64,000 bases of DNA from Candidatus Aenigmatarchaeota archaeon (GTDB lineage Archaea > Aenigmatarchaeota > Aenigmatarchaeia > QMZP01 > QMZT01): positions 832,001-896,000 of the forward strand of contig CAVSBQ010000002.1 in assembly GCA_963726265.1 (NCBI GenBank), read 5' to 3'. The position numbers and the translations under genes are program-made. The stretch's first letter is position 1; each line of letters opens with the position of its first letter. A model generated the notes under the pieces. The model was given only the letters and a program-made list of their open reading frames with translations. It was not told the DNA's origin and searched no databases. This document shows, piece after piece, positions 19,191 to 28,993 of this stretch.

Positions 19191-20144
19191 CTACAGGCCG
19201 CCGAAGACTTCCTGCTCCGGGTATATGACTATGCCTTCCTTGTCGACTATCTGCATGGCCACCACTTTCTTGATGTGCTTCGTGCCGCGGAGTTTGAGTA
19301 TCTCTATCGCGTTCTCGCGGACGTCGCCCTTGCGGATGTTGTAGAGCACGACGACGCCGTCGGCCAGGAATTCCTCCACGCCCGTCGGGCTGAACGTTTC
19401 GGGAATCTGCTTCGTCTCGGCTATGAGGAACGACGTCGTCCCGATCCGCTCGAAATACCTGAATAATTGTTCGACGTAACTCCTGTACTGCCAGCTCTTG
19501 CCAAGGAAATACGACGCTATCGAGCTCAGCGAATCAAGGACGATGATGTCCGGCATGAAGCCTTCCGGCAGGAGAACAGGCTCTATTTCTATGAGCAGTT
19601 CCCCCCGTTCCTTGGCCAGCATGGCCTCGACAGAGCGCGCGATCTCGTAGGAATTCATCCTCCTTATCAGGAGATTCCCCTTCTTTTCGAGCTCTTCTGC
19701 GTTCCAGCCGAAGTCGTTCATGTGTTTGCGCAAGCGGACCTCGGATTCCTCGAAGGACATGTATAAGCATTTCTTGCCGTTTTTCGCGGAGTTGGCAAGT
19801 ATCTGCAGGCACATGATTGTTTTGCCCGAGCCGGCTCCGCCGGCAATCAGGATGGCTGACCCCTTGGGTATGCCGTTCTCGATGAGCTGGTCAAAGCCCA
19901 CTATGCCGGTTTTAATGAAAGCGGTTTCCTTTTCCTGCGTTTTCTTCTTATCCTCCGCCTTCTCGATATGTTCTGGCTTTTGAGCCGGCTTAGCAATGGG
20001 CTTCGGCTTCTCGGCATGTTGTGGCTTTTCAGCGGCCAGCGGCTTTGCCTTTTCAGCAGCCTTCTCAGCGGGTTTTTCATGTTTCGGATGGCCTTTAGGC
20101 CTTTCACGCGCGGCCTTCCTGCCTATCCCTTTCCTTACAGCCAT
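19191..20144 (-). CDS. KaiC/RAD55-like ATPase with Lys/Glu/Pro-rich N-terminal extension
   Basis: TGIVGFD, GGAGSGKT, SFEE, IVLDS, ADGV, LKLRGT. Confidence 0.9.
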   Translation of the reverse strand: MAVRKGIGRKAARERPKGHPKHEKPAEKAAEKAKPLAAEKPQHAEKPKPIAKPAQKPEHIEKAEDKKKTQEKETAFIKTGIVGFDQLIENGIPKGSAILIAGGAGSGKTIMCLQILANSAKNGKKCLYMSFEESEVRLRKHMNDFGWNAEELEKKGNLLIRRMNSYEIARSVEAMLAKERGELLIEIEPVLLPEGFMPDIIVLDSLSSIASYFLGKSWQYRSYVEQLFRYFERIGTTSFLIAETKQIPETFSPTGVEEFLADGVVVLYNIRKGDVRENAIEILKLRGTKHIKKVVAMQIVDKEGIVIYPEQEVFGGL

Positions 20145-20268
20145 ACATGAAGTTATTGAATTGTTTGCTAATAAAATTTTGTAAAAACGGGCCGGTTTAC
20201 CCAAAAGCGGCAAAAGGGGATAAAAAACTGCCGAAAAGGTTTAAATATTTTACCTAAAAATATAACTT

Positions 20269-20601
20269 ATGGCCGAAATACGCTCGATTGACGTGAAAAG
20301 GAGCGAAATATCGGTGAACCTGAAGATATCCAAGGCCGAATACGACATGATAAGCAATACGACCTCCGACCTTCTCCTCATACCGACGAGCCAGAGTTTC
20401 CTCAGCCACTCGCTGACCACGGGCAAGCTCGGCAACAGCAACAGGATAATGCTGCCGAAAAAAATACTGGAGAAGCTCGAAATAAAGGAGATGGACAAGA
20501 AGGTCCCCGCAAAGACGTTCAAGATGGACGACGAGATTTTCCTCCTGATAAAGCTGAAAAAGTCGACCTTCGGCATACCCGTGTTTAAAGATACGGAGTG
20601 A
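20269..20601 (+). CDS. Hypothetical protein with AbrB/MazE-like swapped-hairpin motif
   Basis: GKLGNSNRIMLPKKILEKLEI. Confidence 0.55.
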   Translation: MAEIRSIDVKRSEISVNLKISKAEYDMISNTTSDLLLIPTSQSFLSHSLTTGKLGNSNRIMLPKKILEKLEIKEMDKKVPAKTFKMDDEIFLLIKLKKSTFGIPVFKDTE

Positions 20602-20630
20602 GTGAAACTAAAAAATAGTCGAGAGGTGGA

Positions 20631-21302
20631 ATGATGTTCGTGACGACCGGCATAAAAAGGATGGACAAGCTGCTTGGAGGCGGCTTCCCGACAAAAACTA
20701 CAGTCCTCGTTTCAGGAGGGCCGGGCTCGGGCAAGACGCTCTTCGCGCTGAACTTCCTGATGGAAGGCGTGCTGAAAAAGGAGAAATGCTGCTACGTCTC
20801 GCTGAACGAGACGAAAGACGAGCTGCTTCGCGCATGCAAGGGCATAGAGGCGCTGAGCCACGCGGAGAAGTTCCTTGGCAAGAACCTGGCCATAGAGCAC
20901 ATACCGCTCGGCGAGAACATAACCATGAAGAAGTTCATAAACATAATCGCCGCTTACCCGAAAATCGACAGGCTGGTCATAGACAACGTGAACAAGCTGC
21001 TCATATTCGCCGAGAACGACCGCTCATACAGGGTCCATCTTTCCGAACTGGTGAAGAGCCTGAGGTCAACGGGCTGCGCCCTGCTGATTTGCGAAACGAA
21101 GGGCGAGAGCATAGACACGGGCAACGGCGAATCATTCGAATGCGACGGCGTGCTTTCGCTTTCGTTCCTTGAGCTGGAAGAGAAACCCATGAGGACGCTC
21201 ACATTCCACAAGATGCGCTATGCGAACTTCGACCCAAAAGTGCCGCATGAGTTCGTTATAGATGAAAAGGACCTTAAACTCACAGAAACGAAAATAATAT
21301 GA
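20631..21302 (+). CDS. KaiC/RAD55-like ATPase (single domain)
   Basis: TGIKRMDKLLGGG, GGPGSGKT, LVIDN, CDGV, HKMR. Confidence 0.9.
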   Translation: MMFVTTGIKRMDKLLGGGFPTKTTVLVSGGPGSGKTLFALNFLMEGVLKKEKCCYVSLNETKDELLRACKGIEALSHAEKFLGKNLAIEHIPLGENITMKKFINIIAAYPKIDRLVIDNVNKLLIFAENDRSYRVHLSELVKSLRSTGCALLICETKGESIDTGNGESFECDGVLSLSFLELEEKPMRTLTFHKMRYANFDPKVPHEFVIDEKDLKLTETKII

Positions 21303-22370
21303 AGCTTGCAGAGGCCTTCAGAAGGAATCTTATAGAAACTGCAAAGGGCGCTTTTTTGAACAAGTTCAGGATAAAGGCCAGAAGGGACGTTCTTTTTTTC
21401 GAGGACATACTCATCGCCTATGCCAAGGAGTGCGAAAGGCTCGGCTTCGGAAAAGCAATAGAGGAAAGCGGCATGAAGTGGGGCGCCCTGCTGCTCAAGG
21501 TTCCTATGCCTTCTGCCCTGAAAAGCCTGCCGCCGGCCTTCCTGCTGAACAGCATCCTTGGAAAGATTTTCGTGAACCTCGGCCTCATGGACGACATACG
21601 CGTGTCCGAAAGCGGGGCGAGGCTCGTTCCTGAAGGTGAAAAACGAATCCTTTTCGAATAATTATGAAGGCAACGTCTTCCTCCGGGGGCTGCACAGGGG
21701 CTTCCTGAGCCAGCTTTACGGCATTCGCCTCGACGCTGCCGGGGTTTTCAGGGACAGGGCTTATTTCGTTTATGAATATGCAAAAAGAAACGAACCCTTC
21801 CATATCGCATCCAAATCCAAGGCAAAATACAACGAGCTGAACGCGATGCCCGAAGACGTAGGGTTTACCATAAAGGATGCGCTTAAAACCGGCATGCTCA
21901 GGCTGAGCGGCGCAAACAGGCTTTATTTCAGGGGCAGGGTCCTGAACCCGCTCGAGAACACGATATTCCACCTGCTGGGAAACATGCAGCTTCCCATGGA
22001 CAGGCTTGCTGAAGTTTCGCAGGCGTTTTTCAGCCAGATACTGGAAGCCGGCTCGGGCAGGGACGACAGGCTGGTTCTCCTTAAAAACCTCCTGCAGCTC
22101 ATGGGCTGGGGCAATGTAGGCATGATCGCCAAAAAAGAAGCGGTGACGGTGAGCATAAAAAATCCGCCTTACGGCTTCCAGGCGGAAAAGGACAACTGGG
22201 AATTCGTAATCGGAACGATCCTCGGCTTCATGCGGACGATAGACAAAAGGTTCTCGCTGAAAAAAGTGGAGGAGTCACGAAGGATGGTTTCAGTTACATT
22301 CTCCCTTCAGCAAGGAGCAGTTGTAGTCCCCGCATCCCGAGAATTTCCTCCTTGTCATGCAGCCGCCTGA
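21299..22370 (+). CDS. Tandem V4R-like ligand-binding domain protein; frameshift near 21620
   Basis: Two repeats: NLGLM...KNESF...GLHRGFL and LMGWG...KNPPY...GTILGFM; split over ORFs 21299-21661 and 21636-22370. Confidence 0.55.
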
Positions 22371-23375
22371 GCATTTTTCAGAGGCTTTGCACGATGCGCA
22401 GGCAGGCGGCGCGGCTACCGAGGCAGAGAACTGTTTTATCTTCGACAGATGGAATTCGAAGAGCTTGCCTGCCGCCCTGTTATCGGCTTCATTATCGAAA
22501 ACGTTGTACATGGGCGTTCTCTGCGTCACGCATGGGAACACGTCGCCGCTGCTCGATATGGTCATGAAGGCACCCCTCGCCGCGGTGCAGAAGCCGCCTG
22601 AAACCTCGAGGCCTGTCCTGAAGCCGTTCGGGAAAAGCGGCTCGCCGGATTCGATTCTCCTAGCCCCGTTTTTTCGCGCGAACCCGGCCAGTTTTTTCAG
22701 GGTTTTTATGTAGTCCGACGGCAGAAGGCTCATGTTGCTCGCCGCGGTGCCTGACGGCGTTATGTCCCATACCCTCGACCTGTCTATCCCAAGGCTCCTC
22801 GCGAACCTGAATATGGCGAATATCTCCTTCTCGGTTTCCCTGGTTATCACGGTCTGCGAGACCGTGGTCATGCCCGCGGCCTTGGCGTTCTTCAGCGCCT
22901 GGACAGCCCTCTCGAATGATTTTTCCATGCCCCTTATGCGGTCATGCCTCCCTGCCTCTAGGCTGTCTATGTTTATCTGCACCTGGGAAAGGCCGGCGCG
23001 GCTGAGATCCTGCGCCATTTTCCTGTCGAGAATGTAGCCGTTCGTGTTCATGTGGACGACGAAGCCGTTTTCCTTGGCGAGCCTTACCGCGTATTTTATG
23101 TGCGGATAAACCGTCGGCTCGCCGCCGGAAAAGGTTATCTGCCTGACGCCGTTCGCTTTAAGCAAAGTAATCAGCCTCTTCAGGTTTTCAGGGCTCATGT
23201 GATGGCTCAGGCCCGAGCCTTTGCCTGCTGCGGCGTAACACCATATGCAGTTGAGGTTGCACGAGTTCGTGACCTCGATCACTGCCCACGCGGTCTTCCC
23301 GTGCTTTTTGTAGTGCTTGACCTTTTCAACGGCATCGTTATCATTCCAGTCAAACGTCACTACGCACATCCACAC
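22290..23375 (-). CDS. Radical SAM protein with SPASM domain
   Basis: CNLNCIWC, FSGGEP, NTNG, C...GDVFPC, CASCKASEKCSGGC. Confidence 0.93.
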   Translation of the reverse strand: MWMCVVTFDWNDNDAVEKVKHYKKHGKTAWAVIEVTNSCNLNCIWCYAAAGKGSGLSHHMSPENLKRLITLLKANGVRQITFSGGEPTVYPHIKYAVRLAKENGFVVHMNTNGYILDRKMAQDLSRAGLSQVQINIDSLEAGRHDRIRGMEKSFERAVQALKNAKAAGMTTVSQTVITRETEKEIFAIFRFARSLGIDRSRVWDITPSGTAASNMSLLPSDYIKTLKKLAGFARKNGARRIESGEPLFPNGFRTGLEVSGGFCTAARGAFMTISSSGDVFPCVTQRTPMYNVFDNEADNRAAGKLFEFHLSKIKQFSASVAAPPACASCKASEKCSGGCMTRRKFSGCGDYNCSLLKGECN

Positions 23376-24178
23376 ACCCCGCTGAGGTTCATCGCTATCG
23401 CGAAGACCTGGAAGAAAATGAATGACGCAAGCATCGAAAACCTTGTTTTTTTGTGATCATCCATGCGCAGGAAAAACGAGACCATGAGCATGAACGGGAC
23501 GAGCGCGTAAAGAGACGCATAGCCCAGCAGCAGCACGGCCGCGGAGAAAAGCGCGCTTATGGCGTAAACGGTCCCTTTCGCCGCGCCGACGCCGAAAACA
23601 AGCGGGATGGTCCTCACCTTCGCCGTTCTGTCGCCTTCGCAGCCCCTTATGTCGCCCAGCAGGTTGAGCGTGAAGCCGAAAATGAAAATGAAGGGAAGGT
23701 GGGCCACGGCCCCCGCTCCGATTTCGCGCGATGCCGCCGCGCCTGCAAGGAACGTGAGCGCTATAGTCAGCCCGGTGAAAACGTTTTTTGCTATGAAAAT
23801 TCCCTTTATCCTCGCCCCGGAATAAAGAACGCCCATCAGCATGAGGAGAAGGTAAAGCGACGTGGAGGCGAAAGAAAGAGCGAAGGACAGGCCAAGGCCC
23901 GTCAGGAAAAGCATGAGAATGATGACCTTGCCTGGCGCTTCGTTGACAACGAAATAGTTGAGCCTCCTGTTGTTCACCCCGTCCTCCTTCCTGTCCGTCA
24001 CGTGATTATAGGCGTAGCTGGCCGCCGTGCCGAGAAATATGGCGGCGAAAAGATAAAGGATTCTCACGTCGATAAAATTAAACAAGGCGTAGCCTGCGAT
24101 GGATATTCCTGTCACGAAAAAGCAGGTTTCAACCCTTATGAACGAAAGGAACTCGGCCAGAAGCCTCTTGTTGCCCAT
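23360..24178 (-). CDS. UbiA-family prenyltransferase
   Basis: NHVTDRKEDGVN and GDIRGCEGD Asp-rich motifs, multiple TM helices. Confidence 0.88.
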   Translation of the reverse strand: MGNKRLLAEFLSFIRVETCFFVTGISIAGYALFNFIDVRILYLFAAIFLGTAASYAYNHVTDRKEDGVNNRRLNYFVVNEAPGKVIILMLFLTGLGLSFALSFASTSLYLLLMLMGVLYSGARIKGIFIAKNVFTGLTIALTFLAGAAASREIGAGAVAHLPFIFIFGFTLNLLGDIRGCEGDRTAKVRTIPLVFGVGAAKGTVYAISALFSAAVLLLGYASLYALVPFMLMVSFFLRMDDHKKTRFSMLASFIFFQVFAIAMNLSGVCGCA

Positions 24179-24220
24179 CCGTTTATATATTATTATCTTT
24201 TCTGTATATAAATCATTCAA

Positions 24221-24232
24221 ATGTTTAAACAT
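24221..24232. promoter_or_regulatory. Palindrome ATGTTTAAACAT, candidate operator (second copy at 32848-32859)
   Basis: Perfect 12-bp palindrome between two divergent TATA boxes. Confidence 0.45.
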
Positions 24233-24276
24233 GATTTAATTAAATTTATAAATACGGTCCGCCAATTACTCTTATT

Positions 24277-24828
24277 ATGGCGCTCGACCTGCTCAGCGAG
24301 ATAGCGAACAACAAATTCCTCCTGATACTCATGGAGGAAAGGGAATACCTGTCGAAACTCGAGGAGATAATGAAGTCCGCCGAAAAGACCAAGACCAGGA
24401 TATGCTACGTGTGCCTGAACAAGCCATACGATGATGTGGTGAAAGACCTGAAAAACAAGGGGATAAAGACAGCGGATTTCTTCTTCATAGACGTTCTCAC
24501 CTCGCATTACAGGGAAGCGGCGTCCGCCGCGAACTGCATCTTCCTGCGCTCGCCCAACGACCTCGCGGCCATGAGGATCGCCATCAAAAAGGCCGTGGAC
24601 GATAAAAAGTGCAGCGTCATCCTTTTCGACACGATTTCCACGCTCCTGATTTACCAGCAGACTTCTTCAGTCATAAAATTCACTCACAATCTCCTTTCGG
24701 ATAACGTGAAGGAAGACGTCAAGAAGCTGTTCATACTGCTTAAGCACGACACAGTCTCCGCAGAGGAAAGCGAAAAGCTCGGCAAGGACCTCGGCATGTT
24801 CGCGGACAAGACGCTTGACATGAAATGA
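24277..24828 (+). CDS. Degenerate KaiC/RecA-fold protein lacking Walker A (DUF835-like)
   Basis: CYVCLNKPY, FFIDV, ILFDTISTLLIY, MFADK. Confidence 0.75.
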   Translation: MALDLLSEIANNKFLLILMEEREYLSKLEEIMKSAEKTKTRICYVCLNKPYDDVVKDLKNKGIKTADFFFIDVLTSHYREAASAANCIFLRSPNDLAAMRIAIKKAVDDKKCSVILFDTISTLLIYQQTSSVIKFTHNLLSDNVKEDVKKLFILLKHDTVSAEESEKLGKDLGMFADKTLDMK

Positions 24829-24884
24829 GCGCGGCGGCAGGCCTGAACGGCCGCCGCACATTATATTAATAAGAAAGACCCAAT

Positions 24885-25265
24885 ATGATAAATATGGCCA
24901 AGAAAAGGATAATGGTCGTTGACGACGAGGATAGCCTGAGGGAACTAATCAGGGCAATCCTCGAGGCCGAAGGTTATGACGTCACGACTGCGGAAGACGG
25001 CAACGACTGCCTGAAGAAACTGAAAACAATGAAGCCCGACCTTGTACTCCTCGACATGATGATGCCGGGCATGAGCGGCAGGGAAGTGTGCGAAAGCATA
25101 AGGAAAGACCCCAAGATCAAGAACCTGAAAGTCGCTTTCCTCACCGTCGCCAAGTTTTCCGAGTCTGGCAAGGGAGTCCTCGGCCAGATGAAGGTCCTCG
25201 ACTACATAACCAAGCCATTCGATAACGACGACCTGGTAAAAAGGGTAAAGAAGATGGTCGGTTAG
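24885..25265 (+). CDS. Stand-alone response regulator receiver
   Basis: VVDD, LLDMMMPGMSG, FLT, YITKPF. Confidence 0.95.
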   Translation: MINMAKKRIMVVDDEDSLRELIRAILEAEGYDVTTAEDGNDCLKKLKTMKPDLVLLDMMMPGMSGREVCESIRKDPKIKNLKVAFLTVAKFSESGKGVLGQMKVLDYITKPFDNDDLVKRVKKMVG

Positions 25266-25311
25266 TTTTTACTTTTTATTCAGGCCGCATAAATTAATAT
25301 TATTGACTCTT

Positions 25312-25512
25312 ATGACTCTCAAGGAAGAAGCCAAGGAATTACTGAACAGGCTGCTTGGCTCCGTGGTTTCGGAACAGGTTGACGGTTTTGATGACCCTGA
25401 AAAATACCCGAAGGACTTCCTAGACGAGTGCGGGGATTTCCTCGGGAAGTTCATAGGCCAGGACGCGGCCAAGAAGAAGCTCGAGCCGCTTTACAAAAAA
25501 TATATAAAATGA
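25312..25512 (+). CDS. Small helical hypothetical protein
   Basis: 66-aa ORF between the receiver and the membrane protein. Confidence 0.6.
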   Translation: MTLKEEAKELLNRLLGSVVSEQVDGFDDPEKYPKDFLDECGDFLGKFIGQDAAKKKLEPLYKKYIK

Positions 25513-25524
25513 CGTGGTGGAAGA

Positions 25525-26340
25525 ATGAAAATCAAAAACTTGCATCTGGGACTTTTGGCGTTTGCCGTGCTTTTTTTCGCAAACCTTGCAATTTTTTATT
25601 ACGGCCCGGCGATGGAAAATTTCTACATAATAGCTGATTACTGGGTCATGATACTGGCGCTCCTCGCGGCGGCATCGGGCTTCTTTGCATACAGGATGCA
25701 CGGCCTCGGCAGCGTCCAGGGAAAGGCGCTTTTCCTTATCGCAACGGGGACGCTTTTCTGGGCGCTGGGGGAGCTTGCGTGGGGCAGCTATGAAATATTC
25801 CTTGGCATGGAAAAGCCGGTCGCTTCAATCGCCGACGTGTTCTGGTTCATAGGCTACGGCTTTTTCTTCTGGGGGCTGTTCTTCATAACCAGGCTCTCGG
25901 CCGCGCCCCTCGGCAGGAAAAAACTCGCTCTTGTGCCTCTGGTCATCCTGATATGCTCGGTGATGATATACATATCCTTTCCCACCATAACAGACGCTGG
26001 AATGGCTTTGATTGAAAAAACAGCGACCGCCGGCTACGTCCTGGGCGACATGCTCCTGCTCGTTTCGCTGGCAATTACCATTACGTATCTTCTCGGCAGC
26101 AAGCTCATCAAACCCTGGAGCATAATTTTCATTGGGCTGATCCTCAGCACATTAGCTGATATATTTTACACGTATTTCATCGGCTCATACGAAACCGGGA
26201 ACCTGATAGACATACTCTGGAACGTGGACTACATTCTCATGGGCTTCGGCTTCTTCTATTACAGGGAAACCATAAAGGGGATATTCGCATCGGCAAAGGA
26301 AACGATGTCAGCCAAAACCAAGGAAAGCAAGAAAGCTTGA
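25525..26340 (+). CDS. Multi-TM membrane protein (membrane sensor-like, no output domain)
   Basis: About 8 TM helices, W.LGE..W and PVASIADVFW motifs. Confidence 0.7.
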   Translation: MKIKNLHLGLLAFAVLFFANLAIFYYGPAMENFYIIADYWVMILALLAAASGFFAYRMHGLGSVQGKALFLIATGTLFWALGELAWGSYEIFLGMEKPVASIADVFWFIGYGFFFWGLFFITRLSAAPLGRKKLALVPLVILICSVMIYISFPTITDAGMALIEKTATAGYVLGDMLLLVSLAITITYLLGSKLIKPWSIIFIGLILSTLADIFYTYFIGSYETGNLIDILWNVDYILMGFGFFYYRETIKGIFASAKETMSAKTKESKKA

Positions 26341-26374
26341 AAAACTGCCAACCATCCAGCCCCCCCCCCCAGGC

Positions 26375-28078
26375 CTAGAATCTGGTCCCTTTGGCGGTGA
26401 TTTTCTTCGATCTTTCAAGCACTTCCTCCGCCTTCGCCTTTTCGTCCTTTATTGCGGACCCTGTAACGTTTTTCACGGGCAGGGTGAAGTGGAACTCGCT
26501 TCCCTTGCCATGCTCGCTGCTGAACCAGATTTTACCTCCGAGGGCATTGACGAATTCCTGGCATAGCGAGAGCCCGAGCCCGACGCCTCCTGCCGACCTT
26601 GTATAGGACGAGTCGACCTGGTAGAACCTCTCGAATATCTGCGCGTGATGCTCTTTTGCGATGCCTATGCCGGTGTCCTTGACCATGAAATGAACGTTTT
26701 CTTTCTCCCTGAAAACCTTGACCGTTATCTTGCCGGAAGGCGTATACTTCACCGAGTTGTTTATCAGGTTTATCATAATCTCCATGAGCTTTTCCCTGTC
26801 CGTTGTTATTTTCGGCAGGCCTTTCTCCATGTCGTATTCCGAAGCGAGGCCCTTCTGCTTCATCTGCACGTTCATCTCCTTCTGGATGCCATCCATGAAT
26901 TCACTGAGGTCGATTTCTTCTATTGCCAGCTTGAGGGTGCCTAAGTCGATTCTGGACAGGTCGAGTATGTCCGTGACGAGCTTTGCCAGCCTATCGGTTT
27001 CATGGTCCATTATATTGAGGTATTTGTTCCTCTTTTCCACATCCTTTATGATGGCCTTGTTCTGGAGCAGCTGCGAGAAGCCGTGTATCGACGTCAGCGG
27101 GGTTTTCAGCTCGTGCGCCGCTATGGAGATGAACTGGTCCTTCTTTATGTCCGTCTCTTTCAGCTTGAGCAGGCTTTCCGTGAGCTCTTCCTGCGTTTTT
27201 ATGAGCTCCCTGTTGGCGTCGTCCATGTCGTCCATCATGTTGAGAATCGCGGTTTTCATGTCTGTAAGATCCTTTATCTTCTCATCCAGTTCCTTGGTTC
27301 TGTCGACAACCTTTTGCTCCAGCTCCTCCTGGTGTTTTTTAATCTGGTTCTGGTAAATTTTCAAATCCTGCGTCATCTGGTTGAAGGTTCGTGATAAGTT
27401 CCCTATCTCATCGCGCGATTTGATATCAACATTGTAATCCAAATCGCTCTTCGCGATAGCCTCGACACCTTTGCTGATTTTCATGATCGGCTTTATGATT
27501 ATCATTCTCAGAAAAAAGAAGAGCACCATGATGAATAAGACCATCAGCATGAAATATCCTATCGTGAGGGTGCTTACAGCCGACAGTATTTTTTTGTCGA
27601 CGTTTTCCATCGTGAAGTCCAGCTGCACGGTGCCGATGACCTGGCCGGACAGGTGGAGGGGCGATACGATTTTAAGGACTCTTGAGGAGTCCCTGTTGTA
27701 AATGCTCGTTATCAGGATTTTTTTTTCATACGCCTCGAAATTTTCGGGGTCGGGTTCTGCGTCAACCTTCCTTGGGTCGTTTGATACGTAATTCACCAGC
27801 CCGTCTTTGCCCGGCATTACGTAGGTTATATCGATAATTTCAGGATCCAGCCACATGAGCTTTTGTATTCCCGACATCAGCTCGTCCTTTTTCTGCAGGC
27901 CTTCAGCGCTTTTTATGCCCGCTTCCAGCGAATACGTGGTCGATTTCGCCCTCTCTATGAAGTAGTTTGTCAGGTCCGTTTCATAACTGCTGATATTGTT
28001 GGACAGAATGATGATAAAAAGGAGTAAAAAAAGCAAAGTAACTACTCCTATTATCTTTAGCGTTATGTTTATTTTCAT
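26375..28078 (-). CDS. Membrane sensor histidine kinase (2 TM, extracellular domain, HAMP, HisKA, HATPase)
   Basis: SRDEIG.L..TFNQM, AHELKTPL, NLINNSVKY, DTGIGI, GVGLGL. Confidence 0.95.
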   Translation of the reverse strand: MKINITLKIIGVVTLLFLLLFIIILSNNISSYETDLTNYFIERAKSTTYSLEAGIKSAEGLQKKDELMSGIQKLMWLDPEIIDITYVMPGKDGLVNYVSNDPRKVDAEPDPENFEAYEKKILITSIYNRDSSRVLKIVSPLHLSGQVIGTVQLDFTMENVDKKILSAVSTLTIGYFMLMVLFIMVLFFFLRMIIIKPIMKISKGVEAIAKSDLDYNVDIKSRDEIGNLSRTFNQMTQDLKIYQNQIKKHQEELEQKVVDRTKELDEKIKDLTDMKTAILNMMDDMDDANRELIKTQEELTESLLKLKETDIKKDQFISIAAHELKTPLTSIHGFSQLLQNKAIIKDVEKRNKYLNIMDHETDRLAKLVTDILDLSRIDLGTLKLAIEEIDLSEFMDGIQKEMNVQMKQKGLASEYDMEKGLPKITTDREKLMEIMINLINNSVKYTPSGKITVKVFREKENVHFMVKDTGIGIAKEHHAQIFERFYQVDSSYTRSAGGVGLGLSLCQEFVNALGGKIWFSSEHGKGSEFHFTLPVKNVTGSAIKDEKAKAEEVLERSKKITAKGTRF

Positions 28079-28870
28079 TTACTTGAACCACTTGTCTTTG
28101 ATTTCCTGCAGCCTGCCGCTCATTTTCATTTCGCTTATTATGTTGTCTATTTTGTCCATCAGGGCCCCGTTTCCGAGCTTGGTCACGACACCGTAGTATT
28201 CCTGCGTGAAAGGCTCGCCGACGATTTTTAGCGTGGGGTTGCTCTTGACTACGCCAACTACCCCGACATAATCCTGAACGCCGGCATCGATTTTTCCGTT
28301 CACCAGGTCCTGCGTTATTGTGTCGGAACCATCGTAACTCGTCACCATGGACGGATCAATGCCCTCGATTGCCAATACAGCCTTTTCGCCAGTCGTTCCA
28401 TTCAGCACTCCTACTTTTTTGTTATTAAGGTCACCGGGCGTCTTTATGGCAGCAGTTTCGCTTCTTGTATATATCACCTGCCCGCCGTCGAAATACGGAG
28501 CGCTGAAAAGCATCTGCTGCGAGCGCTCCTGCGTAATCGTTATGGAAGAGACCAGTATGTCCACGTCACCGCTTTTCACCGACGAGAACATGTTCGGGAA
28601 CGACATCTCCCTGAATTCTGCTGCAATCCCTATTTTTGATGCAATTTCCTTTGCCAAGTCTATGTCGAACCCCACAAGGTTTCCTGATGCATCATGGAAA
28701 GTCATTGACGGAATGTCACCGAACGTTCCTACTATCAGCTTTCCGCTGTCCTTCACACTCTTCAGCGACAGATCGCCTGCCTGATCCATGGGCTGCGTGC
28801 AGCCGGACGCGAAAACGGCCAGCAGCATCATAATGGCAAACAGCCCAAACATTCCCCTTTTATTTTTCAT
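28079..28870 (-). CDS. Family-3 (polar amino acid) solute-binding lipoprotein
   Basis: Lipobox-like ASGC, GFDID, ITITQERS, FSAPY, GEPFT. Confidence 0.92.
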   Translation of the reverse strand: MKNKRGMFGLFAIMMLLAVFASGCTQPMDQAGDLSLKSVKDSGKLIVGTFGDIPSMTFHDASGNLVGFDIDLAKEIASKIGIAAEFREMSFPNMFSSVKSGDVDILVSSITITQERSQQMLFSAPYFDGGQVIYTRSETAAIKTPGDLNNKKVGVLNGTTGEKAVLAIEGIDPSMVTSYDGSDTITQDLVNGKIDAGVQDYVGVVGVVKSNPTLKIVGEPFTQEYYGVVTKLGNGALMDKIDNIISEMKMSGRLQEIKDKWFK

Positions 28871-28993
28871 ATTTCACAACACCCCCAATCATTCCAGCCA
28901 CTTATTCTTGATTTCATCCAGTTTCCCGTCCCTTTTCATTTCCCTGAGTATTCTGTTTATCTCATCCATGAGCGCGTTGTTGCCGAGTTTGGT
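28759..28993. repeat. 235-bp direct repeat, copy 1
   Basis: Identical by eye to 29563-29797 (offset 804). Confidence 0.9.

Noticed and set aside
19191..21302. Circadian clock (kaiABC)
   Set aside because: Single-domain KaiC-like proteins, with no kaiA or kaiB recognisable.
26360..26370. C11 homopolymer
   Set aside because: Intergenic between convergent genes, so no phase-variable target; length unreliable in indel-prone data.
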